In this document: piece by piece, positions 10,612 through 23,362 of the stretch | How positions within the stretch are numbered: the first letter of the stretch is position 1 | How the letters are laid out: the number at the start of each line of letters is the position of its first letter | Source of the DNA: Leucoraja erinacea | Lineage: Eukaryota | Reading direction: 5' to 3' | DNA length: 64,000 bases | NCBI RefSeq assembly: GCF_028641065.1 | Contig: NC_073388.1 | Coordinates: 37,820,001-37,884,000, forward strand | Notes under the pieces: model-generated | What the model saw: the letters and a program-made list of their open reading frames with translations, nothing else | Database searches by the model: none | Told to the model about the DNA's origin: nothing | Translations under genes and position numbers: made by a program

Positions 10612-12571
10612 AGAAACATAGAAACATAGAAATTAGGTGCAGGAGTAGCCATTCGGCCCTTCGAGCCTGCACCGCCATTCAATATGATCATGGCTGATCA
10701 TCCAACTCAGTATCCCGTACCTGCCTTCTCTCCATACCCTCTGATCCCCTTAGCCACAAGGGCCACATCTAACTCCCTCTTAAATATAGCCAATGAACTG
10801 GCCTCGACTACCCTCTGCGGCAGAGAGTTCCAGAGATTCACCACTCTCTGTGTGAAAAAAGTTCTTCTCATCTCGGTTTTAAAGGATTTCCCCCTTATCC
10901 TTAAGCTGTGACCCCTTGTCCTGGACTTCCCCAACATCGGGAGCAATCTTCCTGCATCTAGCCTGTCCAACCCCTTAAGAATTTTTTTAATTTCTATAAG
11001 ATCCCCTCTCAATCTCCTAAACTCTAGAGAGTATAAACCAAGTCTATCCAGTCTTTCTTCATAAGACAGTCCTGACATCCCAGGAATCAGTCTGGTGAAC
11101 CTTCTCTGCACTCCCTCTATGGCAATAATGTCCTTCCTCAGATTTCGAGACCAAAACTGTACGCAATACTCCAGGTGTGGTCTCACCAAGACCCTGTACA
11201 ACTGCAGTAGAACCTCCCTGCTCCTATACTCAAATCCTTTTGCTATGAAAGCTAACATACCATTCGCTTTCTTCACTGCCTGCTGCACCTGCATGCCTAC
11301 TTTCAATGACTGGTGTACCATGACACCCAGGTCTCGCTGCATCTCCCCTTTTCCTAGTCGGCCACCATTTAGATGATAGTCTGCTTTCCAGTTTTTACCA
11401 CCAATATGGATAACCTCACATTTATCCACATTATACTGCATCTGCCAAACATTTGCCCACTCACCCAGCCTATCCAAGTCACCTTGCAGTCTCCTAGCAT
11501 CCTCCTCACAGCTAACACTTCCCCCCAGCTTAGTGTCATCCGCAAACTTGGAGATATTGCCTTCAATTCCCTCATCCAGATCATTAATATATATTGTAAA
11601 TAGCTGGGGTCCCACCACTGAGCCTTGCGGTACCCCACTAGTCACTGCCTGCCATTGTGAAAAGGACCCGTTTGCTCCTACTCTTTGCTTCCTGTTTGCC
11701 AGCCAGTTCTCTATCCACATCAATACTGAACCCCCAATGCCGTGTACTTTAAGTTTGTATACTAATCTCTTATGTGGGACCTTGTCGAAAGCCTTCTGGA
11801 AGTCCAGATACACCACATCCACTGGTTCTCCCCTATCCACGCTACTAGTTACATCCTCGAAAAATTCTATAAGATTCGTCAGACATGATTTACCTTTCGT
11901 AAATCCATGCTGACTTTGTCCAATGATTCACCACTTTCCAAATGTGCTGCTATCCCATCTTTAATAACTGACTCTAGCAGTTTCCCCACTACCGATGTTA
12001 GACTAACTGGTCTGTAATTCCACTTTTCTCTCTCCCTCCCTTCTTAAAAAGTGGGGTTACGTTTGCTACCCGCCAATCTTCAGGAACTACTCCAGAATCT
12101 AAAGAGTTTTGAAAGATTATTACTAATGCATCCACTATTTCTGGAGCTACTTCCCTAAGTACTCTGGGATGCAGCCTATCTGGCCCTGGGGATTTATCGG
12201 CCTTTAATCCATTCAATTTACCCAACACCACTTCCCGGCTAACCTGGATTTCACTCAATTCCTCCAACTCCTTTGACCCGCGGCCCCCTGCTATTTCCGG
12301 CAAATTATTTATGACTTCCTTAGTGAAGACAGAGCCAAAGTAGTTATTCAATTGGTCCACCATATCCTTGTTCCCCATGATCAACTCACCTGTTTCTGAC
12401 TGCAGAGGACCTACATTTGTTTTAACTAATCTCTTTCTTTTCACATATCTATAAAAACTTTTGCAGTCAGTTTTTATGTTCCCTGCCAGTTTTCTTTCAT
12501 AATCTATTTTTCCTTTCCTAATTAAGACCTTTGTCCTCCTCTGCTGGTCTCTGAATTTCTCCCAGTCCTCC
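10612..12571 (-). mobile_element. CR1-clade LINE, young copy with a 377-aa open RT C-terminal frame; 5' side runs toward the gap
   Basis: ORF 10707-11840 has YLDFQKAFDKVPH, GVPQGSVVGP, KFADDTKL; ORF 11998-12444 has KSPGPDRLHPRVLRE, PEDWRVANVTPLFKKG; (agaaacat) tail. Confidence 0.95.
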
Positions 12572-12598
12572 AGTATGCTGCTTTGGTATGGTATGGTG

Positions 12599-12798
12599 NN
12601 NNNNNNNNNNNNNNNNNNNNNNNNNNNNNNNNNNNNNNNNNNNNNNNNNNNNNNNNNNNNNNNNNNNNNNNNNNNNNNNNNNNNNNNNNNNNNNNNNNNN
12701 NNNNNNNNNNNNNNNNNNNNNNNNNNNNNNNNNNNNNNNNNNNNNNNNNNNNNNNNNNNNNNNNNNNNNNNNNNNNNNNNNNNNNNNNNNNNNNNNNN
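12599..12798. other. Assembly gap (200 N)
   Basis: Run of exactly 200 N, probably a fixed-length scaffold spacer, so the true intron length is uncertain. Confidence 0.98.
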
Positions 12799-12917
12799 TG
12801 TCTGTGGGTGAGCATGTATGTGTGAGAGTGGGTGTATGAGAGTGTTTGTCTTGTGTGAGTGTGGCTGTATGGGGTCCAGGGGCTGCTGCTCCGGGCCCGT
12901 GGGGAGGCCACTCCCTT

Positions 12918-13030
12918 GCCGTCCCGCGGCTCCAGACCGCTCGGCCCGTCCCCCACGACAGCTACAACTTCATCACTGATGTGGTGGAGAAAACGGGGTC
13001 GGCAGTGGTTTACATCAAAGTCCTGGGGAG
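12918..13030 (+). pseudogene. HTRA2: HTRA2/Omi-like serine protease gene fragment (end of first coding exon), probably non-functional
   Basis: AVPRLQTARPVPHDSYNFITDVVEKTGSAVVYIKVLG resembles mature HTRA2 [36 protein letters not shown]. It ends AG|ttgagg, which looks like a mutated GT donor, then an in-frame TGA. No further HTRA exons were seen. Confidence 0.7.
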
Positions 13031-13031
13031 T

Positions 13032-13330
13032 TGAGGGGGGAGACTGCGGGGAGTTGAGGGAGGGGAGGGGGAAGGGAGTGAGAGGGAGGGGAAAGTGGGG
13101 GAAGTGAGGAAGGAGAGTTGGGGGGGGGGTTGGATAGGGGGGAGGTGAGGAGTGAGGGAGGATGGGGATAGTGGGAGAAGATGGGGGTAGGGAGGGGACA
13201 GGGGTTATGGAGGGAGCGAGGGAGTGTCTGAGTTTCGGGGAAAGGAGAGGCGAGGGAGAGGTCAGGGAGTGGGGGAGGGGAGAAGGAGAGGGGAAAGAAG
13301 AGGGAGGGTGAACAGGAGAGGGAAGGAGTG
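13032..13330 (+). repeat. G/A-rich polypurine low-complexity tract (G-quadruplex or triplex prone)
   Basis: Dense GGG runs over ~300 bp. Confidence 0.85.
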
Positions 13331-13527
13331 ACACTCCTGGTGAGTCAGTTACACAACCCACCAACCTCTTAAATATATAAACACACACAAACACAGAGGC
13401 AGTACTTGTCGGCTAGCTTCCCCTTTTTGTGGTGAGGAGGAAAGGAATTTGAATGTGTAAATATTGAATGAAAGTTGAAGATCTATCCTGTGTACTCACA
13501 CCATGGAGTGGGTGAATATCTTTTTAG

Positions 13528-13800
13528 ACCTTTAGACTTTAGAGATAAAGTTGTGAAACATGCCCTTCGATCCACCGAGTCTGCAACGACCACCAATAAC
13601 CCTGTACACTAACAATATTCTACACACTAGGGATAGTTTAAAAATTTACCAAAGTCAATTAACCTACAAAGCCTGGAGAAAATCCACGCTGTCACAGAGA
13701 GAACACACAAACTCCGAACAGACAACACCGTAGTTATGTTTGAACCCAGGTCTCTGGCACTGTGAGGCAGCAACTCTACCACTGAGCCACGTGGCACCCT
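13528..13800 (-). mobile_element. V-SINE (HE1-like), internally deleted
   Basis: ctttagactttagagata tail; ggcagcaactctaccactgagccac head. Confidence 0.75.
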
Positions 13801-15544
13801 GTTTGAAGACCAGTGGGATAAGTTCGCCGGCTGGAGACTGACGATGCCCTCTCATCAGATGCTGACCGCCTTGTTGAGAAAGCAGCAACCTGATTACATG
13901 GCATAATTTTCCTTCAGATTTCGCGCCAGACCAGCAAAGCTTACAAAGCTGGTGTGTGATCAATAACTAGCCCAGGCAATTCTGAATCCATTAATAAAAT
14001 GCCTAAAATCATTGCAGAGTATGAGTTACAAACATTCTCAGTAATTAAAAGGGCAATTGATTATTACAGCAATTCACTGCTCAAATCACATACCTTCACC
14101 TAACAGAGTAGATCCAATGCAAAAATCCAACCTGCTGCAGGAACCTAGCGGCTCTGATCAAGATCCTGTCTCAGGGCTGGATATAATTCCTGATCCCTAA
14201 CCACTGCCAGTAATTCTCTATGATTGGATCCACTCACACATTGGGAGGTTATTGCAATATCCGAGGACACAGAGTAACACAGCAGGTCAGGCAGCATCTC
14301 TGGAGAACATATAGAGGTGACGTCTCGGGTTGGCAATCTAGTCTAAAGAAGGATCCCAACACGAAATGTCATCTATCCATGTTCTCCAGAGTTACTCCAG
14401 CACTTTGTGTCTTTCATTGTAAACCAGAATCTGCAGTTCCTTGTGAATATGGAATATCAGAGGACTTTTTTCTGCAAGAGGTTTTTCTGCAAGACCTCGG
14501 TCTACTCTCACAGATGGACACAAGTGAATTTGGAGCATGCCGTTGATTTTGATTATAATGACAATTTAATATAGTCAAGGTGCATCGTAGGAGTGTCATC
14601 AAAGGTATGATTACATGGTAATGTCAGAAGCTTTGAACAAAGTGCAGAAGAGTTTCAGTCTGAAGAAGGGTCTCGACCCCAAATGTCACCCATTCCTTCT
14701 CTCCAGAGATGCTGCCTGAAGCGCTGAGCTACTCCAGCTTTTTGTGTCTATCTTCACTAGGATATTGTCTGGTTCAGAGTATTAGCTTCAAGGAGTGATT
14801 GCATAAACCTGGATTGCTTTCTCTCCAGCATTGGTGGTTGGGTGGGAGATGGGAACATCAAGAGTGTTTCAGTGGTCTGGAATTCATCACGCAAAATATA
14901 ACAGTAACAGTTTCAATGAGAAAACGATGCAGCATTCTCTCTGTGATATTCATCCCTCGTACAGCATCACTTCAACACATGTGGACGGTGAGCCAAAGGA
15001 ACTGTCTCTATGTTGTATGACAGCCCATTAATCAAACATACCAGGTACTGAATAATTTAATTTAGCATAATAGCAACAAAGGAAATAGGAGCAGGAAAAT
15101 TATGACACAATTAAATGCAGGTTTAGTTTACAAAAAAAAGCACAGTGCTGGCACAAAACAGGTCAGGCAGCATCTCCAGAAAATATGGATTGGCTCACGA
15201 CCTTTCTACAGACCTTTCTTCTTAGAAGCAGGTTGGCCAAAAAGCCACTCTGCTGTTCATGGAGTGATGGCCAAGAGAAGCAAGATGGTCAAAGAGACAC
15301 AAGACACTGCAGGTTCTGGAATTTTGAGCAAAACAGAAAGTGCTGAAGGAAATGTCAGGCAGCATCTGTGGAGGAAATAGACAACTTAACGTTTTGGGTT
15401 GCGTACCTTATTCAACAGGGATCAGAAAGGTGGGGGTGGGACAAAGCCTAGCCAGTAATCGGTGGAAACAGGTGAGTGTGGTTTGAGTTTGTTTTGTAAT
15501 GCAGTTCAATAAGTGTGAGGATCAAGCTCACTGTCAAACTATTA

Positions 15545-15900
15545 ATAACCATGCCGATTAGCACCTTGTAACATTACTTGGTTATATTTTCTTTGCAAAG
15601 AAGAGTAATAGTGGGAACGAGGGACAGGTATATCTCCACCTTTCATTTTCTCTTCTCTTATCTCTATATTTTTTGGCCACACTACTTTGGTGGTTTGGGG
15701 GTCTTTCCTTTGTTCTTTTTCGAGCTGTCTTTTCACTTCTCACTTTTTCCCTTTCTTGTTCTCTTTTTCTTTTCTTTTTTTCATTTTCAGGTTATAAGGT
15801 TAAAAATGAAGCTGTACAATAATTGTATAATCTTAGATGCCGAATGTTTTATCTTTGTACAATTGCTTCTAATAAAATAAATAAACAAATAAATAAATAA
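15545..15900 (+). mobile_element. Possible 3' UTR remnant of an L1/Tx1-like LINE
   Basis: Pyrimidine-rich tract, then AATAAA and an (AAAT)n tail; no ORF support. Confidence 0.3.
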
Positions 15901-16489
15901 CATCCTGTTATTTCAGACACTGGGCTCTCTACATGTCACCAAATGCTGCATCTTCCAACAGGTAGTGTTCATAGGAAACATAATGTCGGCTGCATCACGG
16001 CTTGGTTTGCGATCAGGTCTGCTCAAGACCGCAAGGAATTACAGAGAGTTGTTGATGTAGTCTAGTCCATCATGCAGACCAGATTCTATACCTCATGTTT
16101 CCTCAGAAAAGCAGCCACATTAATCAAAGACTTGTCCCACCCTGGTCATTTCTTCTTCTACCCGCTCCCATCGGGAGGGCATGGACAGGCTATGCTACAG
16201 GGTGGGCCCCTTCTTCAGACAGATGGGTTGACTGATTCTGATGGATATCTTTACATCTTGGTAGTCTGTGGAAGCACATGACTGGAGGACTGCAAACGAG
16301 GATCCCTTAATCCAGAAAGGTGATGGGTATCAGCCAGGTAAGAGGTTGGCTTGGTCCTGCATCAGTGGGAGGAAACATGGTGGAAAAAAGTCCTTGGAGC
16401 ACTATTTATTTCCACTTGGAAAAACAGGGTGTGTTGTAAGGGATAGACAGCAGGCTTTGTTAATGGGAAATCCTGTCTTACTGACTCGT

Positions 16490-16816
16490 AGAAACATAGA
16501 AACATAGAAAATAGGTGCAGGAGGAGGCCATTTGACCCTTCGAGCCAGCACCGCCAATCATTGTGATCATGGCTGATCGTCTCCAATCAATAACCCGTGC
16601 CTGCCTTCTTCCCATATCCCTTGATTCCACTAGCCCCTGGAGCTCTATCTAACTCCCTCTTAAATCCATCCAATGATTTGGCCTCCACTGCCCTCTGTGG
16701 CAGGGAATTCCACAAATTCACAACTCTCTGGGCTTTTTTTCTCACCTCAGTCTTAAATGGCCTCCCCTTTATTCTAAGACTGTAGCCCCTGGTTCTGGAC
16801 TCGCCCAATATTGGGA
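16490..16816 (-). mobile_element. CR1 LINE 3' fragment
   Basis: SRTRGYSLRIKG...RVVNLWNSLPQRAVEA; agaaacatagaaacatag tail. Confidence 0.85.
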
Positions 16817-17439
16817 CTCAATGGAATGCTTTGGGGTTCAATGGGCTCAATGATTCTTTATTGTCTCACCTACCTAGGTACAGTGAAATTCTTTTTTGCT
16901 TGCAGTTCAGTAAAAAAATCTTACTCTGCATTGGCCCAAATCATATTTGGGTACAAGAGTGCAAGAATAATTGATTATTCTGAGACAGTGCACAAGATTT
17001 GTTATGTTTCTGGCACCAATTTGTGTGATTTAAAGTCAACTTTGTCAGCAATATAGAGTCTTAATTTTCCATAAAGGCCATTGTCCAGACTGTGGTACTG
17101 GGTTGGAGTTCACCCAAAACTAACTAGAGTCCTCCGATCCAGGAGACACCCTGGTGAATCTCCTCTGCACTCTTAGCAGCCCAGTCACATCCTTCTTACT
17201 AGACGGTGAAGAGTAAATTGATGAGATCAGTGTTGTACTTTATGGCATTTATGGGGATTTAGTAAGCCTTGTGGCATTCCAGGCTTGGTAAGCATTGAAA
17301 AATGGAGACACAAAAAACTGTAGATGTAGGGATATTGAAAAATACTGAGAATAGAGAGATATAGACCATAAGCAGGCAGTGGAGAACAAAATAAATTATC
17401 ATCATGTGCATCATGAACACTGGGCTGAAGGGCCTGTTA

Positions 17440-17574
17440 TGGGCCTGTCTCACTTAGGCAATTTTTCAGGCAACTGCCGGTGACTGTGTGGTTGCCACGT
17501 GATCACGGGTGGTTGCCGGGAAGTGACGTCGCAAATTTTCCAACATGTAAAATTGCCTACGTTGGACGGGCCCA
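17440..17574. mobile_element. PIF/Harbinger-like MITE
   Basis: TIRs tgggcctgtctcacttaggcaatttt / aaaattgcctacgttggacgggccca; TTA TSD on both sides. Confidence 0.75.
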
Positions 17575-17912
17575 TTACTTTGCTGTACTGTTATACTGTA
17601 CGTTAAGCTATATTCTGCATTCTGATTCTTCCCCTTGATCTATCTATTGCACTTAAGTTTGACTTTATTTAGATATACTATTATCTGAATCGATTGGACA
17701 ACATGCCAAGCAAGGCTTTTCACTATACTTAAATAAAACTAATAACCTAAAACCTTCATGAGCAGTTTTGCTCCAGTGCTAAAATCTCACCTCACATTGC
17801 AGTTGAAACGGCTGTGGAATTTTGCCATGTATGTGATTAGTTTCTACGGAACACTGTCAGTATGAAAGCAAGACCTAAGCCTTTGGGTAGAGGCTGTTGA
17901 TGGAATGGATTA

Positions 17913-17968
17913 TAACATGCCTTTGAGAGCAGACCAATACTAACATGCCTTTGAGAGCAGACCGACAC
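17913..17968. repeat. 28-bp tandem duplication
   Basis: taacatgcctttgagagcagacc occurs twice with a 28-bp period. Confidence 0.85.
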
Positions 17969-18524
17969 CAAACCAAGCAGTTGTTTCAGCGTCCATAACA
18001 CATGCAGAAACATTGGTGAGGATATTCATGGTCCAACCAGCCTATTGCAAAACAAGGATTTTCACTGTGCCCAGGAACATGGACAATAAAGTATCATCAT
18101 CATCATATTAAATCCTCCTCTCTGAGCACACCCAGGGGAGCTGTGGTGAGAGTGCCAAAGTGATGTGTGGGGCTTCAAGTACAGAGACATTGGGCTCGTC
18201 TCCATGAAGCTGAGATGGATAAGGGGAGATTTTAAAACCGGGTTCCAAAATGACTTTCACATAATAAAAGGTAAGAAATGCTTCAGGACAGTCAGAAATG
18301 TTGTAATATAGGGCATTGATGACAACATTACTGATAAAAGATCTAGGGGAAAGGTGGCACAACACAAAGTGCTAGTGAAACGGACAGACAATGTTTTTGC
18401 ATCGGGATCCTTCTTCAGACTCGACCCAAGATGTTGTCTGTCAATTCCCTCCACTTGCTGTGTTCCTCCAGCACTTTGTGCTTTTGCTCAAGGTTCTAGC
18501 ATCTGTAGTTCCTTGTGTCTCTTG

Positions 18525-18840
18525 TTTAGTTTAGTTTAGAGATAAAGTATAGGTACAGGCCCTTTGGCCCACCAAATCCATGCCGAGGATCAATCACTCA
18601 CTCACAATAATTCTGGGTTATCCCACTTTTACATCCTTCAAACTAGGCGCAATGCAGAGAAGCCAATTAACCAACAAATCTCCACGTCCTTGGGATGTGG
18701 GAGGAAACCGGAGCACGCGGAGAAAACCCACGCGATCACAGGAAGAACGTTCAAACCGCACACAGACACAGCACCCGTGGTCAGGATTGAACTCTGCCGC
18801 AGTGAGGCAGCAGCTCTATCAGCTGTGCCTCTGTGCCACC
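18525..18840 (-). mobile_element. V-SINE (HE1-like)
   Basis: tttagtttagagata tail plus SINE core. Confidence 0.8.
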
Positions 18841-19669
18841 CCTAGAATCTATAGAGTCCCTTCCTGGTGGAATCTGGAGATCACGTTGTCCCTGGGCTCT
18901 TGTGGACAATGATCTCCATCACAGACAACGATGTCTAATCCTTGCATGAAATAATTCATCAAATCATCATTCACTGCATGGTTTTGGTTTTATGCTCCAG
19001 AGATTAAAAACTGATTTTTAAGATGTAACGGTTATCATGATTACCCTGGGGGTGGTAGAGACTCAGTCACTGCTTAATGCCAAAGCAGAGATTGATAGCT
19101 TATGGATATTAGAAGAATCAAAGGAGATGGGACAGTGCAGGAAAATGGTCCTGAGGTTAAACAAAATTAATTGTGTTGACAGAATAGGCTTGAGGGGCCA
19201 AATGGCCACTTCCTGCTCTTATTTATTAAGATCAATGGGCGAAGCAGAAGAAAACTACATTTGGACAGGCACATGGACAGGAAACATTTTGAGGGATGTG
19301 CACCAAATGTGGGCAAATGTGACTGGCTTAGATCAGGTGCCTTTGTCGGCCTGGACCAGTTGGGGTGAAGGTCCTGTTTTGATGCTGTATGGCTCTGTGA
19401 CTATGAGATGTGAGAAATCAGGATTAAAACAGAAAATTATGTAAATACTCTGAAGATCAAGGTGGATATATGAGGGTTAGTCCAGAGTCAACATTACCAT
19501 TTAATGACCTTTGATCCATCACTTGATGTTAAGGCAACCATGAAATACAGGGTTAATACAAGGTCACACCAAAATAATTGGTCAGCTGTGGCCTTATTGA
19601 GTGGGTAAGTAGACACGAGGGACTGAATGGCCTAGGCCTGTGGCAGTTTCAGAAGTTCCGTGATGAGCA

Positions 19670-20900
19670 AGCTCAATAGGAAATCAGGAGGGCAAAACAG
19701 TGACAGGAGAGATAGCTCTGGCAGGTAATATTAAGGACAATCCCAAGAGATTTTATGTCCATTAGGAGAAAAAGGATAACGAGAGAGGGAACGCCACTCC
19801 TCAGGAATCAAAGTGGTCAACTCTGTGTGGAGCCAAGGGGGATGGGCAAGGCCCTTTCTCCTCTGTTTTTACTATGGAGAAAAACATACAAGACCAGGGA
19901 ACTTGGGCTGTCAATGGAAGTGCATTGAGAGCATTCAATATTACGGTCAAGGAGGTGTGGAGGGTCCTGATGCATATGAAGGTAGACAAATTGCCCAGGC
20001 TTGATCATATATATCCAAGGACACTTTAGGAAGCTAGGGAGGAAATTGCAGGTGCCCTGGCTGAGATTTATAAATCGCCATTAAATACAGGTGAGGTGGC
20101 GGAAGACTGGAGGGTGGAAAATGTTGTTCTATTCAAGAATGGCTGCAGGGAAAAGCCTAGGAATTATATGCTAGTTAGTCTAACATTTGTGGTTTGAAAG
20201 TTACTATAGTATTCTGATTGACAAGATATGCATGCATTTAGACGGACAAGGGCTGATTAGGAATAGCACGGTTTTGTACATGGAAGATTATGTCTCACAA
20301 AATTGATTACGTTTTTTTAAGATTCGATGAGGACAGAGTTGTAGACATTGTATATATGGATTTCAGCAAGGCATTTGACAAGGTTCTGCATGGTAGGCTG
20401 CTCTGGAAGGTTAGATTGCATGGTATCCATGGAAAGATAGCTGAATAGATAGAAAATTAGCTTCATGGAAGGAAGCAGAGTGTGATGGTGGAAGATTACT
20501 TTTCGGATTGGAGACGTGTGACTAGTGGTCACAGTGGGGTGCCTCAGGGTTCAGTGCTGGGCCTGTTGATGTTTGTCATCCATATCAATGATTTAGATAA
20601 GAACGTACAAGGCATGATTAGCCAGTTTGCAGATGATACTAAAGTGGGTTGTGTTGCAGATAGTGAAGATGGTTGTCAACAATTGAAGCAGGATCTTGAT
20701 CTTGATCAGTTAGGCAGGTGGGCTGAGGAATAGTTGATGGAATTTAACACAGAGAAATGCGAGGTGTTGCATTTTGGGATATCTAACAAGGGCAGGACCT
20801 AAACAGGGCCCTGGGGCATGTTATAGAGCAGAGGGATCAAGGAGTGCAGGTACATAGTTTATTGAAATTGGCATCACAGTTAGTTAGGGTGGTGTGGTCA
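19670..20900 (+). mobile_element. Older degraded CR1 LINE RT fragment
   Basis: [31 protein letters not shown]; atggatttcagcaaggcatttgacaaggtt. Confidence 0.85.
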
Positions 20901-22179
20901 AGGGAAGAGTGCTCACGTCGCGGCCCTGTTTTCACCAATCGTTCCACCACCAGAAGCACAAGAATCGCAAGACAGACACCGTTGGATGCAGCTGCCGAGA
21001 AGTGTGTTCAGCTCTGGCTTGGTTTGGGATAATCTGTGCCCAACTTCAAAACAATGCAGAGTTGTAGATTTAGCCCAGTGACATAGACCGGACTGTCCAC
21101 CATCGACTCCATTTACACTACACACTGCCTTCGAAAAGCAGACAATTTAATTAAAGATGCCCCGTCCCGATCATTCTTTCTTCTCCCTACCCCCGATGAG
21201 CAGAAGGTACGGAAGCTTGAAAGTGCGCACCACCAGACTCAGGAACAGCTGACTCAGGAACAGATACATGGATAATGTCAGAAGGAAATGCAGATGCTGG
21301 TTTAAACCGAAGATAGACACAAAATGCTTCAGTAACTCAGCAGGACAGGCAGCATCTCTGTGTAGAAGGAACGGTTGATGTTTCGGGTCGAGACCATTCT
21401 TCAGACTGAAGTGGGCCACTGACCTATTCCCCGTGCCCCATTGGGGATGGTGGACATTATCTCTCGAGCTAATGTCTACAATGCTGAGAACCACACCCTG
21501 TGTCTCCCCCTTTGTTCTACCTACAGTACTTTGGCCTATTAATGTATGCAATCATCTACATGTGTTCCTCCTTCCCTCCCACTGCCTGCGGAATGTCAGC
21601 AACACACCTCCTCCCAAATGTTGGACTATCCATGCTGCAACACCTCCTCTTTATGCTGACTATGTTTGTTGTATTTTGATCGTGTTCTGCTTCCCAAGAG
21701 AGTTCCTTTCAAGTTACACTGCAAGACATTTCAGCATCAAAGGGCCTATCTAGTCAAAAGGAAATCAGATAATTGATGCCAAAACACAGTCAGGCTGGAA
21801 CCTGATCAAGGGGCAGAGGTCCCTTGTTTCAACCAGAAGTCATGTTGCTGGATGCCAGAGCACAAACACGAGGCTGGAATTATTCATTGTGTTTGGGGAT
21901 GGGCGATGGGGACATGGAGAGCAGTTGGCAATACAGTCACCCTTGGCAACACTCACACTGATTGAAATATACAGCATGGAAAAGGGCCCTTTGGCCCACC
22001 GAGACCACGCCGACTATCGATCACCCATTCACACTAGTTCCCCCACTTTCGCATCTACTCCCTACATGCTTTTACGGCAGTTTCTGAATGCCAAGTTATA
22101 TTTTCATGGTTCTCTCACAGATATTACTTTCTTTCTGCTGATTATCAGCTTATTCAGGTTTGTATCCATCCCCACGTAG

Positions 22180-22500
22180 TTTACTTTAGTTTCGATTAGA
22201 GATACGGCTTCGAAATAGGCCCTTCAGCCCACCAAGTCCGTGCCGACCAGCAATCACCCATTCACACTAGTTCTATATTATCACACATTCCTACACACAA
22301 GGGGTGATTTTCAGAGGGCCAATTAACCTACAAACCCGCACGTCTTTGGGATGCGGGGGGAAACCGGAGCACCCAGCGGAAACCCATACAATCACAGGAA
22401 ACCCATGCAAACTCCACACAGGCAGAAACAGAAGTCAGGATCGAAACTGAGTTTCAGGCACTGTGAGGATACGGCTTTACTCGCTGCGCTACTGTGTCAC
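22180..22500 (-). mobile_element. V-SINE (HE1-like)
   Basis: SINE core ggaaaccggagcaccc and CR1-like tail. Confidence 0.8.
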
Positions 22501-22511
22501 CTGTACATGGT

Positions 22512-23362
22512 ACTAACACCATCATCAAGTATGCAGATGATACAACGGTGATTGGCTGTCAGCAACCTGATCTGAGGACCACCCAGTGTTGGGATTGGAA
22601 AGCAAAAACCTGGCCCTTAACTCCAAGAAGACCAAGGAGCTCATTGTAGACTTCAGGAAGTCCAGAGGCGGCACGCACACCCCCATCCACATTAACGGGA
22701 CGGAGGTGGAACGTGTTTCTAGCTTCAGGTTCCTGGGAGTCAACATCTCCGATGACCTCTCTTGGACCCACAATACCTCTACTCTGATCAAGAAGGCTCA
22801 TCAGCGTCTCTTCTTCCTGAGGAGACTGAAGAAGGTCCAGCTGTCTCCTCAGATCCTGGTGAACTTCTACCGCTGCACCATCGAGAGCATCCTTACCAAC
22901 TGCATCACAGTATGGTATGGCAACTGCTCAGTCTCCGACTGGAAGTCATTGCAGAGGGTGGGGAAAATTGCCCAACGCATCACCGGTTCCTCGCTCCCCT
23001 CCATTGAGTCTGTCCAAAGCAAGCGCTGTCTGCGGAGGGCGCTCAGCATCGACCAGGACTGCTCGCACCCCAACCCTGGACTGTTTACCCTCCTACCACC
23101 CGGGAGGCGCTACCGGTCTCTCCGTTGCCGGACCAGCAGGTCCAGGAACAGCTTCTTTCCGGCGGCTGTCACTTTACTCAACAACGTACCTCGGTGACTG
23201 CCAATCACCACCCCCCCCCCCCGGACACTTATTATTTTTTTTATTCAAATCGTTTGCTATGTCGCTCTTCAAGGGAGATGCTAAATGCATTTCGTTGTCT
23301 CTGTACTGTACACTGACAATGACAATTAAAATTGAATCTGAATCTGAATCTGAATCTGAATC
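22512..23362 (+). mobile_element. Rex1/Babar-type LINE, 5'-truncated
   Basis: IIKYADDTTVIG, then NLALNSKKTKELIVDFRK...KKAHQRLFFLRRLKK...FYRCTIESILTNCITVWYG; (GAATCT)n tail at ~23333-23362. Confidence 0.88.

Noticed and set aside
12522-13394. 290-aa proline-rich ORF on the minus strand
   Set aside because: Translation of the polypurine tract read through the N gap.
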